The notes under the pieces were generated by a model. The model had not been told where the DNA came from. It worked only from the letters and a program-made list of their open reading frames with translations, and did not search any database. DNA of 64,000 nt from Candidatus Bathyarchaeota archaeon (GTDB lineage: Archaea > Thermoproteota > Bathyarchaeia > 40CM-2-53-6), in assembly GCA_963706285.1 (NCBI GenBank), contig CAVPLU010000004.1, forward strand, positions 1 to 64,000, in the 5' to 3' direction. Numbering within the stretch: the first letter of the stretch is position 1; every line of letters begins with the position of its first letter. Both the position numbers and the translations under genes were made by a program. Below are positions 18,744 to 28,262 of the stretch, in pieces.

Positions 18744-21120
18744 TTACTCGCCTCCACTCTCCTTCAGTTTGCGTTTCGCTTCCTCGATGAGCTCCGGTCT
18801 CTGTTCTTGTGATAGCTCTCCAAACGTTTTCAGGTGACATTGGTAATTTTGTGATCTGGACGCCTATTGCATGATAGATTGCGTTTGCAATGGCTGGTGC
18901 AACTGCGATCATTACGAGTTCGCCTAGGCCTCGTGCGCCGTGTGGTCCGTTGCTTTGTGGTGTTTCAACGATGATCTCGTCTATCTTGCGGGGCAGCTCT
19001 TTTGCTCTCACTATTTTGTAGTTGGAGAGGTTAGGGTTCAGGATCCAGCCTTGTTCATCGAAGAGGATCTCTTCGTAGAGGGCGACACTCTGTCCCATGA
19101 CGAAGCCGCCGTCTATCTGGCCTTTCACGAGTAGCGGATTGATGGCCTTGCCAACGTCGAAGGCTTGGGCCGCGTTAATGATCTCGATATCGCCTGTTAA
19201 GACATCGACTTCAATCTCAACACCACAGGCTCCGAATGTGTGGAAGATCGTTGGGATTCCTTGGCCTGTGTCAGCATTGAGGTAGGTCGTTAGTGGCGAC
19301 ATGAACTTTCCTCGTCCGATGATTGGTCCTCCGATTGAGGAGCCGTCCGAGTAGGTGTAGCCGAATACGACTTCAGAGAGGGGGAGCTTGTGCCAGGGGC
19401 TGCCTTTGATGAAAACCTGTTCGTTCGCGATTTGAAGCTCCTCAGGCTTGACTTTCAGAACTTGAGAGGCGACGTCTTTGATCTGAGCCTTGGCGTCTCG
19501 GAGAGCATCCATTACTGCTATTCCGTCGGTGAATAGCCCGCGACTGCCCACCGTCTGCCATGTATAGGCGGACATGTCAGTGCTTCTAACGAGCCCGACT
19601 CGAACCTTCTCGACCGGAATGCCGAGTTCATCTGCGACGATCTGGGTGAGGCTTGTTGGGGTTCCTTGACCAAAGGAGGCGGTGCCGATGATCAGGTCTA
19701 CTGAAACGTCCTCATTGAATTTCACGATCGCCGAAGCGGCCGCGTTCGGCGGCTGAGCCGGCCCCTTGACACACAGCGCGATCCCTTTCCCTCTGAACTT
19801 CCCCGGGCGCGTGGGTTTCTCAGAAGGTCGGTCCCATTCGATTGATCGTGCGATTGATTTTGCGACAGTAACAGGATCTCCAGCGTCCTCATGCAATCTC
19901 TCACCCGTACCGGTTTCGGAAACTCCAGGCTTGAGTAGGTTCTTGAGTCTAAGTTCGATCGGGTCCATCTTCAGTTTCTCGGCTGCCATGTCCATTGTTC
20001 TTTCGAGTGCCCAGTGGCTCTCTGAGTAGCCGAATCCTCTCATTGCGCTCGTTGCTCCCTTGTTCGTGTAGACCGCGAGCGACTCGCAGAAGATATTGGG
20101 CACCGCGTAGCATCCTTCGGACGAGTATCCGGCGGCTCGACACACATTCACTGTGTAGTCCGCGTAGCCGCCTGCGTCCATCACGAACCGAGCCTCGTAA
20201 GCGACCATCGTTCCATCTTTCTTGAATCCTGCTTTGACCGAGGCGTGGAATCCTTCCCTGACGGGTGCTGAGGAGAACTGTTCTTTCCTGGACAGCACTA
20301 GTTTGACTGGCCTGTAGCCTGCTCTTTTGGAAAGCAGTGCAACAAGTGGTTCCCAGCCGATTCCGACTTTTCCTCCGAATCCTCCGCCGCAGAGCGGTGC
20401 CTTGACTACGATCTTGTCGACCGGTATGCCAAGTGACAACGCCATTAGATAACGCGTGGAGAACGGTGACTGAGTGCTGGTCCAAATCTCGATGGTCCCA
20501 TCCTTCCTGTAGTCAGCGATCATGGACTGCAGTTCCATGAACCCGTGGCTGACGTGAGGAATTCCGAACTCTCCCTCAACGATAACGTCTGATTCCTTGA
20601 GGCCTTTCTTGACGTCGCCCTTCACAAGTTTGAACTGATTCGCAATATTCGTACCAGGGATCGGTTTGAATGCCGTCGATACTCTGTACTCTGACATCTT
20701 CTCATGTATGATTGGGGCGCCAGGTTTGAGGGCCTCCATCGGATCGAACACTGTGGGCAGTGGGTCGTACTCAACTTCAACTTCGTCGATTCCTCGTTCA
20801 GCGGCTTCCAGAGTCTCCGCAACGACAGCTGCAACCGGATGGCCAACCCACCTGACCTTATCGATGGCGAGTACGTCTCTATCACCGACATAGATGCCGA
20901 GCCTGTACGGAAATTCTTGACCGGTTGCTACAGCGACAACTCCGGGGATCTTCTCAGCTTTGCTTGTGTCTATCCTGACTATCTTCGCATGGGCATGAGG
21001 GCTCGTCACCAATTTCGCGTGAAGCATCCCGGGGAGTTCAATATCAAAGGCGTAGGTCGCGGTTCCCGTGACTTTCAAGAAGGAATCGTACTGCGGCATC
21101 GGCTTTCCGATATAGCCCAT
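18744..21120 (-). CDS. Xanthine dehydrogenase-family molybdopterin large subunit, copy 2 (+1 shift near C-terminus)
   Basis: GGGFGGK, AMRGFG, GQG, VGSRG, GARGLGE; corrected end ...KLKESGGE* at 18744. Confidence 0.95.
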
Positions 21121-21256
21121 TTTTGACCTTCCAGGAGTAGCTTGTATGTTAGGACGGGGATCATGTTGCGCTTTAACGATATCGGCCGTCGGCTAGATGC
21201 TGCTGCAATTCTCAAGATTGGCGCTTTCGAGTAGTCAGTTGTGAGTACGCAAGTGG

Positions 21257-21728
21257 TCACTGCTTAATCCTAGACGCTTCAAGGATTGCGTCGATTATCT
21301 GTCTGTATCCTGTGCACCTACACAGTACTCCCTCAATAGCCTCAACCACGTCCTCACGCGTCGGGGACGGGTTTCGTTTCAGTAGGGCTTCTCCTGCAAG
21401 TACTGCTGCTGGTGTGCAGAATCCGCACTGGAGTGCGCCGTGCTCGATGAATTTCCTCTGAATAGGGCTGAGGACACCGTCTTTGGCAATTCCTTCGATC
21501 GTCGTTATCCTATGCCCATTCGCTCTCAACTGCAAGTACTAGGCAGGATTTTACTGGGGTGTCGTCGAGTAGCACGGTGCAGAGTCCGCAGTCTCCGCGC
21601 TCGCATGCGGTCTTGGTTCCTGTGAGTCCGAGCTTATGCCGCAATATCCACAGCAAAGTCTTGTTCGATTCCGTTACTATGTCGTTGTCGATTCCGTTGA
21701 CGGTTAGCTTGATCTTATGCTCGGCCAA
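21257..21728 (-). CDS. Mo-hydroxylase 2x[2Fe-2S] small subunit, copy 1 (frameshift ~21525)
   Basis: ACERGDCGLCTV, QCGFCTP, LCRCTGY. Confidence 0.92.
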
Positions 21729-21729
21729 T

Positions 21730-22603
21730 TCACATTGCCTCCCAAAGTTGACGTACGAGTCGTCGAGTTAGGACTTCGACAAGGTTCATGCGGTAGTCCT
21801 TCCCTCCTCTCACGTCGGAGATGGGGGCAACTGTCTTGCCTACGATCGGTATGGCTTGGTCGAGAAGTTCATCGATCGACTTGTTGCTTCTGAAGATTTT
21901 CTCTGCCTCAAACGCTCTCACCGGAGTAGGTGCGACTGACGCATAGGCCAGTCTAACGTTCCTGCCTCCCTCTGAGCCGGGTGCAACAAGTCCCGCGACT
22001 CCGACTAAGGCCAAATCCTCTCCGACGGTTCTACGTGCTTTCAGGTATCCTCCCATCGATCCTTTGGGTGGAATCGGCACATTGACTGAAGTCACAAGCT
22101 CGCTGCTGGTCAGTACCGTTTTCTTCACGCCTGCATGGAATTCTTGAATTGGAATGTTTCGCTTGCCTTTTCCACTTGCGATGCTAACAGTTGCCTCTAG
22201 AACAAGTAATGCTGGGAGCGGAGTCGGCTGCAGGAGATCCGTTACAGATGTTGCCGACTAATGTGGCTCGGTTGCGAACCTCATAGTCTCCGATCGTGCA
22301 GGCAGCTTCTCGGAGAAGTGGATAGTTCTTTGATACTGCTTCATGGTGGATGAGTTTGTTGAGGTTTACTGCTGCTCCTATTGTGAGTCCTCGCTTGTCA
22401 TCATAGGAGAGTTCGTGAAGTTCCTTCACTCCTTTGATGTCGATGATGTGCTTGGGGCGTTGTTCTCTGGCTCGGAGGCTTACGATCAGGTCTGTTCCGC
22501 CCGCCAACAATTTTGCGTCTTTCTCGTGCTCTTCCAGTAGTTCGAATGTTTCTTGGAGTGTCTGCGGGGCGAAATAGTCGAACTTTGGTAGCATCGTCGT
22601 CAC
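21730..22603 (-). CDS. Mo-hydroxylase FAD subunit, copy 1 (frameshift ~22215)
   Basis: LAGGTDL, RNRATLVGNICNGSPAADS, PISDVRG..DYR. Confidence 0.92.
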
Positions 22604-24981
22604 CTCGCTCGTTTCAGAAGTTCTGGTTTCTGTTGTTTGATCGCTGCCCAGACACTCTCGGGCGTCATGGGAAGATTGAACATGTGCACTCCTGTGGCGT
22701 CAAAGATTGCGCTTGCGATCGCGCCTGGTATGGAGAGCATGGTGAGTTCGCCTATGCCTCTCGCACCGTATGGTCCATCACTCTGAGGATTTTCGATTAT
22801 CGTGACGAGATGCTCGTCTGGCATGTCGGATGCTCGTGCGATCTTGTAGTCAGTGAAATTGCTGTTGAGCGTTGCACCTTCCTTGTTGTAGATGTATCCT
22901 TCCATGAGGCCGATGCTGAGGGATTGAAGCATGCCTCCGTAGGCTTGTCCTTGCACCAAGAGCGGATTGATCGCTTTCCCAATATCAAATGCTGAAGCGA
23001 CTTTGAGTGTCCTGACGACTCCGGTTTCAGGATCTACTTCAACCTCCACGGCCTGTGCGCCGAACGTCCACTTCAGAGCCGGATAACCTTGGCCAGTCTC
23101 AGGGTCAAGGTAGGTTAGCCCACGTGGAACGTACGTTCCTCGCCCGATCACCGGCCCGCCGATCGCGGTGCCATTCGGGTAAGTGTAGCCCATTGCGAAC
23201 TGTTGCAGCGGGATTCCTCTGTCGGGTTGTCCCTTCGGATAGACCATTTCATCCTCAAGCACTAGCTCAGTTTTCTGAACTCTGAGCGCCTGTGCTGCCA
23301 TATCGAATATCTGCTCTCTTGCATCTCGAGCTGCGTCTATGACTGCTCTGCCATCCATGAAGAGACCTCTGCTGGCGACGGTTTGCCAAGAATAGGGTGT
23401 TAGGTCCGTGATTCTCTCGGGAACGACTCGTATCTTCTCAACGGGCATACTGAGTTCTTCTGCTGCCATTTGAGCGAGGCTCGTGGTTGTCCCCTGACCG
23501 ATCTCTGTGATGCCAACAGACAGGTTGGCGCTTCCATCTTCGTTGAACTTTATGATCGCGCAAGAAGCCGCGTTCGGAGGCATTGCGGGAGCTTTCCAAA
23601 GGGCCGCCAATCCAATACCATGCAGCTTGCCGTTGCTATCTCGCTTGGCTTTCTTGCCATATCCAATCGTTTCAGCGGCTGCCTTGATGCATTGGTCAAG
23701 CTTGCCTGCGTCTTCTCTCAGCTTCTCTCCTGTGGCTGTAATTGAGCCGGCTCGAAGCGCATTCCTCAGTCGAAGTTCCACAGGATCAATTCCAGTTTTC
23801 TCCGCTATCATGTCTAATTGGCGTTCCACGGCCCAGAGGAACTCCAAGTGCCCGAAACCTCGAAATGCGGTGCCGTACGGGTGGTTCGTGTATGCTGTGA
23901 TCGAGTCGCAGTGAATATTGGGCACTTCATATGGGCCGGTGCAGGCGTAACCGCCAGCTCGGCCGATGTTGACGCCATAGTCGGCGTAGGCACCGGCGTC
24001 GTAGATGTACTTCATTTGTTCCGCAGTGATCTTTCCATCCGCGTCCACGCCCGTTCTTATCCGTCCGAAAAATCCTTGTCTGAGTGGAGCGGTGGTGAAC
24101 TCCTCCTCGCGTGTCAACAGAAGCTTGACCGGTCGACCTCTTGAAAACTTCGACAAGAGTACTGCAAGGGGTTCGAAGTTGATGCCGGCTTTTCCGCCAA
24201 ACCCTCCACCCACGTGTGGTACGTGCACGTTGATCTTTTGGAGCGGGATTCCAAGCGCATGACTGAGGATGTATCGTACAGTGAATGGAGACTGAGCGCA
24301 GGTCCATACCTCAGTGCTGCCGTCCGGAAAGTATTGCGCTATGCATGCGCGTGGTTCCATGGCTGCGTGGCTGACCTGAGGCATTGAGAATTCATTCTCA
24401 ACAATCGTGGTTGCGCGTCTGAAGCCCTCTTCCACATTGCCTTTACGAATCTTGAAGATGCTCGCGATATTTGTCCCGGGAACCGGCATGAAGACTGGAG
24501 AGTGATCATACTGGGCTAGATCTTCATGCACGAGCGGAGCGCCGGGCTTGAGAGCTTCGTTGACATCGAACACTGGCGTCAACGGTTCGTACTTGACGTC
24601 GATGAGGTCGATGGCCTCTTCCGCTGATTCTTCTGATTCGGCTGCAATGGCGGCGACTGGTTCGCCGGCCCATCTGACTTTGTCCTTGGCTAGGACCATC
24701 TTGTCTCTAACGTACAGTCCCATCCTGTAAGGGAAGGCCTGTCCCGTAATCGCCGTAGCTACGCCGGGATAGTTTTCGGCTCGGCTGGTGTCAATCTTGA
24801 GAATGCGAGCGTGCGCGTGGGGGCTTCGCAGGAACTTCCCGTACAACATTCCCGGAACCTCCAAGTCCGCAACGAACCTGGCCATTCCAGTGATCTTCTC
24901 GAACGCGTCAACTCGATGTATACTCTTGCCAACATACTTGTGGCTCAAAATCTCACCGGTACGATTGCGTTCAGTCTGCAA
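22600..24981 (-). CDS. Xanthine dehydrogenase-family molybdopterin large subunit, copy 1
   Basis: GGGFGGK, AFRGFG, EIGQG, VASRG, GARGIGE. Confidence 0.95.
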   Translation of the reverse strand: MQTERNRTGEILSHKYVGKSIHRVDAFEKITGMARFVADLEVPGMLYGKFLRSPHAHARILKIDTSRAENYPGVATAITGQAFPYRMGLYVRDKMVLAKDKVRWAGEPVAAIAAESEESAEEAIDLIDVKYEPLTPVFDVNEALKPGAPLVHEDLAQYDHSPVFMPVPGTNIASIFKIRKGNVEEGFRRATTIVENEFSMPQVSHAAMEPRACIAQYFPDGSTEVWTCAQSPFTVRYILSHALGIPLQKINVHVPHVGGGFGGKAGINFEPLAVLLSKFSRGRPVKLLLTREEEFTTAPLRQGFFGRIRTGVDADGKITAEQMKYIYDAGAYADYGVNIGRAGGYACTGPYEVPNIHCDSITAYTNHPYGTAFRGFGHLEFLWAVERQLDMIAEKTGIDPVELRLRNALRAGSITATGEKLREDAGKLDQCIKAAAETIGYGKKAKRDSNGKLHGIGLAALWKAPAMPPNAASCAIIKFNEDGSANLSVGITEIGQGTTTSLAQMAAEELSMPVEKIRVVPERITDLTPYSWQTVASRGLFMDGRAVIDAARDAREQIFDMAAQALRVQKTELVLEDEMVYPKGQPDRGIPLQQFAMGYTYPNGTAIGGPVIGRGTYVPRGLTYLDPETGQGYPALKWTFGAQAVEVEVDPETGVVRTLKVASAFDIGKAINPLLVQGQAYGGMLQSLSIGLMEGYIYNKEGATLNSNFTDYKIARASDMPDEHLVTIIENPQSDGPYGARGIGELTMLSIPGAIASAIFDATGVHMFNLPMTPESVWAAIKQQKPELLKRAR

Positions 24982-25017
24982 TTCGTATCAAGCCGTCGTA
25001 TCGATCCTTCTAATCGC

Positions 25018-25470
25018 CTATGACGACGTGGTAACTTTGCTGGTCACGCACTCAAGAGTCTGGTTGACAACCTTCTGGGAGGCGTTTTCGATTAGTCCTT
25101 TGGCAACGCTTCCAAGCGGTCCGCTCACGGTGGCGTCTGCAACCCAAGCCAACTCGGAGCCTTCGGGGTGGGAGTTGCAGTTGATTTGGATCTCGGCTTT
25201 GAATGCGCTTGCCGCACCTGATCCGTCGATGATGAGTTTCGCGCGGTGATTCGCAGGGTCTTCTTCCAGTAATCGGCTGTTGACCTTGAAGGTTCCTTTG
25301 ATGAACCCGACGCCCATCTTGACCCTTGCCTCGGTGCGTTTCCCATCAAGCACCTTGTACTCTTCCACACCCGGTAGACATTGTGCAACCGATTCAGGGG
25401 TTGAAATAAATTTCCAAACTTTGTCGACAGGAGCCTTCACTACGGCTTTGCCTTCGAAGTGCATTCCCAT
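25018..25470 (-). CDS. CoxG / SRPBCC family protein
   Basis: APVDKVW...P..VAQCLPG, VGFIKGTF, VSGPLGSV. Confidence 0.88.
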   Translation of the reverse strand: MGMHFEGKAVVKAPVDKVWKFISTPESVAQCLPGVEEYKVLDGKRTEARVKMGVGFIKGTFKVNSRLLEEDPANHRAKLIIDGSGAASAFKAEIQINCNSHPEGSELAWVADATVSGPLGSVAKGLIENASQKVVNQTLECVTSKVTTSS

Positions 25471-25593
25471 CTCACGATGGTAAGGTCGTTTCTGGCCCTA
25501 TATTGCTCTATCCACCTGCGAGAGCAGCCAAACATGACCATGCATAGCCCTAGCTGGGCATTAATAGAAAAATGATGATATGGTACGCGCGTT

Positions 25594-26385
25594 CTACTCG
25601 ACGAATGCTACAACTCGGGCGAAGGCCGATTCGCCTCCGCGGAACTTCCACGGGAAGCATCCTATTGTGGTACGTTTGTTCAAGAGTTTCCCAATGTCTC
25701 CGCCAAGATTCTCCATGTGAATAATGTCGTGTGGAAAGAGCTTGTTGTGTGTTACTTGGTAGTCGTCCTTCGGGAAGAGTTTCTCTATGTTGTCTTTTCC
25801 GAACTTTTGTTCAGCAAAGGCACGTACCTTCGGGACGCATCTTAATCCGAATTCGGGTCTACCGATGGGCAGGTTCATTGGGTGGTCTGTGGAGACTGCG
25901 TCGACACCCCAGACCTTTATCTTGCGTCGTATCAGCCAGTCAACCCAGTCCCTAGATGGTCCTGGATGCAGCTGGATGTATCGTTCTTCATCAGCCATTC
26001 CTTGGGGCTGATACCACGAATACTTGTACCATCCAGTGTGTACAACTAGGATATCACCGTCATGGAAATCGACTCTTTTCTCAACCATTTCAGGCGTGTA
26101 GAGACCGAGATCTCCAACATCACTGACATCGACTATCACTCCAGGTCCATACAGCCATTCGAGCGGAATCTTCTCGATGTCCTTGCCTCCTGTGACGAAA
26201 TGCAGCGGCGCGTCAAGGTGTGTTCCGATATGATTCGAAGTCATGATGTATTGAGCGTTGACTCCATGCTCGGCTTTTCGTTTGATATATTTGACTTCAA
26301 ATGGCGGATACAACGGCCAGAACGGAGTCTCTTGGCACAGAGGCTGCGACAGGTCAACCAGTTTCATTAGTTTTTGACCTCGCAC
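25594..26385 (-). CDS. Cyclase-family (kynurenine formamidase-like) metal hydrolase
   Basis: DLSQP, NHIGTHLDAPLH, GVDAVSTDHP, HMENLGG, GGESAFARVVA. Confidence 0.9.
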   Translation of the reverse strand: MRGQKLMKLVDLSQPLCQETPFWPLYPPFEVKYIKRKAEHGVNAQYIMTSNHIGTHLDAPLHFVTGGKDIEKIPLEWLYGPGVIVDVSDVGDLGLYTPEMVEKRVDFHDGDILVVHTGWYKYSWYQPQGMADEERYIQLHPGPSRDWVDWLIRRKIKVWGVDAVSTDHPMNLPIGRPEFGLRCVPKVRAFAEQKFGKDNIEKLFPKDDYQVTHNKLFPHDIIHMENLGGDIGKLLNKRTTIGCFPWKFRGGESAFARVVAFVE

Positions 26386-26455
26386 ATATCGTCACTCCGG
26401 GAACTTTACTTAAGGACTACGTAAGTAGTCTCGCTTAGAACTGCTAGCGCAAATG

Positions 26456-26998
26456 CTAGTGTCGTGCAATGACTTGAGGCAGGACGTGACGCAATCTCAT
26501 TGCGACTGTGGTTGCGATGACGATTTTGAAAGCGTCACCGATAAGGAATGGCAATACTCCAACTACGAGGGCGTGTTGAAAATCTCCATTCATCCACTGC
26601 GAAAGCTGTAGAACACCAGACGTGTAAATTATTGCAGTCCCCATAACGAATGATCCAGCGATGCGAGGCGCCTTAGGTCGCGTGTGAAGGTTGCTTGCTT
26701 TGCCGATTGCGAATGACGCTATGATGAAGCCAAGGAGATAGCCCCCCGTGGGTCCAATGAGCGTTCCGAAGCCCGCTTTCCCACTAGCGAAGACCGGAAG
26801 GCCGATCCCACCCAACATAATGTAGATCAGTTGACTCAGGGCTCCAAGCCACGGGCCCAATACTGCTCCTGATAGGTACGTGAACAGCGTCTGAAGCGTC
26901 ACGGGAACAGGGTATAGGGGAAGAACTACGAGAGACCCGATTGCTGTCAGAACGCTGAACGTTGTAGTGGTCAGCAGATCGAGCGGCCTAACCTGCAA
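26456..26998 (-). CDS. bioY: Biotin transporter S-component
   Basis: PVPVTLQT, GLPVF, GPTGGYL, PFLIGD. Confidence 0.92.
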   Translation of the reverse strand: MQVRPLDLLTTTTFSVLTAIGSLVVLPLYPVPVTLQTLFTYLSGAVLGPWLGALSQLIYIMLGGIGLPVFASGKAGFGTLIGPTGGYLLGFIIASFAIGKASNLHTRPKAPRIAGSFVMGTAIIYTSGVLQLSQWMNGDFQHALVVGVLPFLIGDAFKIVIATTVAMRLRHVLPQVIARH

Positions 26999-27039
26999 GA
27001 GCTCACATCAACACACTTGAGGATTTGAGATGGCGAAGG

Positions 27040-27339
27040 TCAGCCTCCACCAACTATCTCCATAATGTCGACGCTGTCAATCGTGATCGCATCCTTCTCC
27101 AGAAGTGGCGTGTTGAGGCCTTCGAGCATCTTGACACTATGCCCGTTCACGAGTAGAATGAGGCTTGGACTCAATTCTCTTGTACCAGGGTCGAAAATGT
27201 ATTTTCTTGCTTCTGGTCCGAGTTTCTGCATGATCACGTCCAGCAGGTCGCCAACATTCCTAACTTTCTCAGGGATCTCTATTTCGTCGGATCCTGCTGT
27301 GATGCTTAGCCGGCCATGCAGTTTGACGCGAATCGGCAT
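27040..27339 (-). CDS. MoaD/ThiS/SAMP ubiquitin-like protein
   Basis: ILLVNG...GLNTPL; C-terminus IVGGG. Confidence 0.85.
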   Translation of the reverse strand: MPIRVKLHGRLSITAGSDEIEIPEKVRNVGDLLDVIMQKLGPEARKYIFDPGTRELSPSLILLVNGHSVKMLEGLNTPLLEKDAITIDSVDIMEIVGGG

Positions 27340-27414
27340 TGCTGCTCTGATCTTCTTGTCTCGCTCCTGAATATAGGCCTGTCACAGTTGTGATGGCAGG
27401 ACGCAGGGGTGCAA

Positions 27415-27984
27415 TCAAATCGTTCCGAGAAGCGTCAGGATTCCCAAGACAATGAATGTGATAGCTGAGACCTTGCTGACCTTGTTTATCGGAAGTCTTC
27501 TGCCTAAACGTTCTGCTGATACTATGCTCAAACCATCCACCAGTGCAAGTGCTAGCAATACCCCGGAAAAAACGGCGATCGGCTGCGCATAACGAGCCGC
27601 GAGAGCAATGGCGGCTACCTGAGTCTTGTCGCCTAGTTCTGTCAGGACTATCACTAACGCTGCAGTTCGGAAAGGCTTCCCTAGACGCGTCAAGGGAATA
27701 TTCTCCTCAGTTTTCAATCTAAACATGAGAATTCCCACAACCACAAAGATCAGTCCCGAAATCACTGTGAGCAAAGGGAGGGGGAGTATCGCCAATAGTG
27801 CTTGACCGATCAACACGCTTGCGCCAGCGATGATGGCGAACCCAGTGATCATGCCTAAGAAAATCTCTTTGGGCTTTCTGAGGCTGGCAGATAACATAAC
27901 GAGGGCAAGCTGGGTCTTGTCACCAAGCTCGGCAACGGAAATTGACAGCAAAGATATTGCGAATGCCTCCGTTGCCAGATCCAT
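27415..27984 (-). CDS. TMEM165/GDT1 (UPF0016) Ca2+/Mn2+ transporter
   Basis: Two ELGDKTQ motifs. Confidence 0.93.
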   Translation of the reverse strand: MDLATEAFAISLLSISVAELGDKTQLALVMLSASLRKPKEIFLGMITGFAIIAGASVLIGQALLAILPLPLLTVISGLIFVVVGILMFRLKTEENIPLTRLGKPFRTAALVIVLTELGDKTQVAAIALAARYAQPIAVFSGVLLALALVDGLSIVSAERLGRRLPINKVSKVSAITFIVLGILTLLGTI

Positions 27985-28262
27985 TGCCAGCTCTCCAATA
28001 TTCTGAAGTGAACTTCCGATGGCATCGTCTCTTGGATATGGGGATATTGCTCGGGCTCCGAACTAGGATCACACATGTCAGTCTGCCTCCATTTGGCATT
28101 GATCATAACGGAGGGCACGCCGGATAATCTCGTCTCCTTAGTCAACGGGATTACATTTCTGCGGGCGCATTACAGCGGTGATTCTCGTGGACGTGTCCGC
28201 TTGAAGGGGAAGTGTTCATCTACAGGCAACTGGACTGGGCGTAGATCGATCTCACCAATGCT

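Noticed and set aside
17351-22603. Programmed frameshifting in both small subunits
   Set aside because: The shifts are at nearby but different codons with no shared slippery sequence, and similar +1 insertions occur throughout the window.
17351-25470. Aerobic CO dehydrogenase (coxLMS + coxG)
   Set aside because: Neither large subunit has the AYxCSFR loop; CoxG accompanies many Mo-hydroxylases.
27985-28262. yybP-ykoY Mn2+ riboswitch upstream of GDT1 or the P-type ATPase
   Set aside because: One hairpin is present but I could not find the conserved core or four-way junction; needs an Infernal scan.
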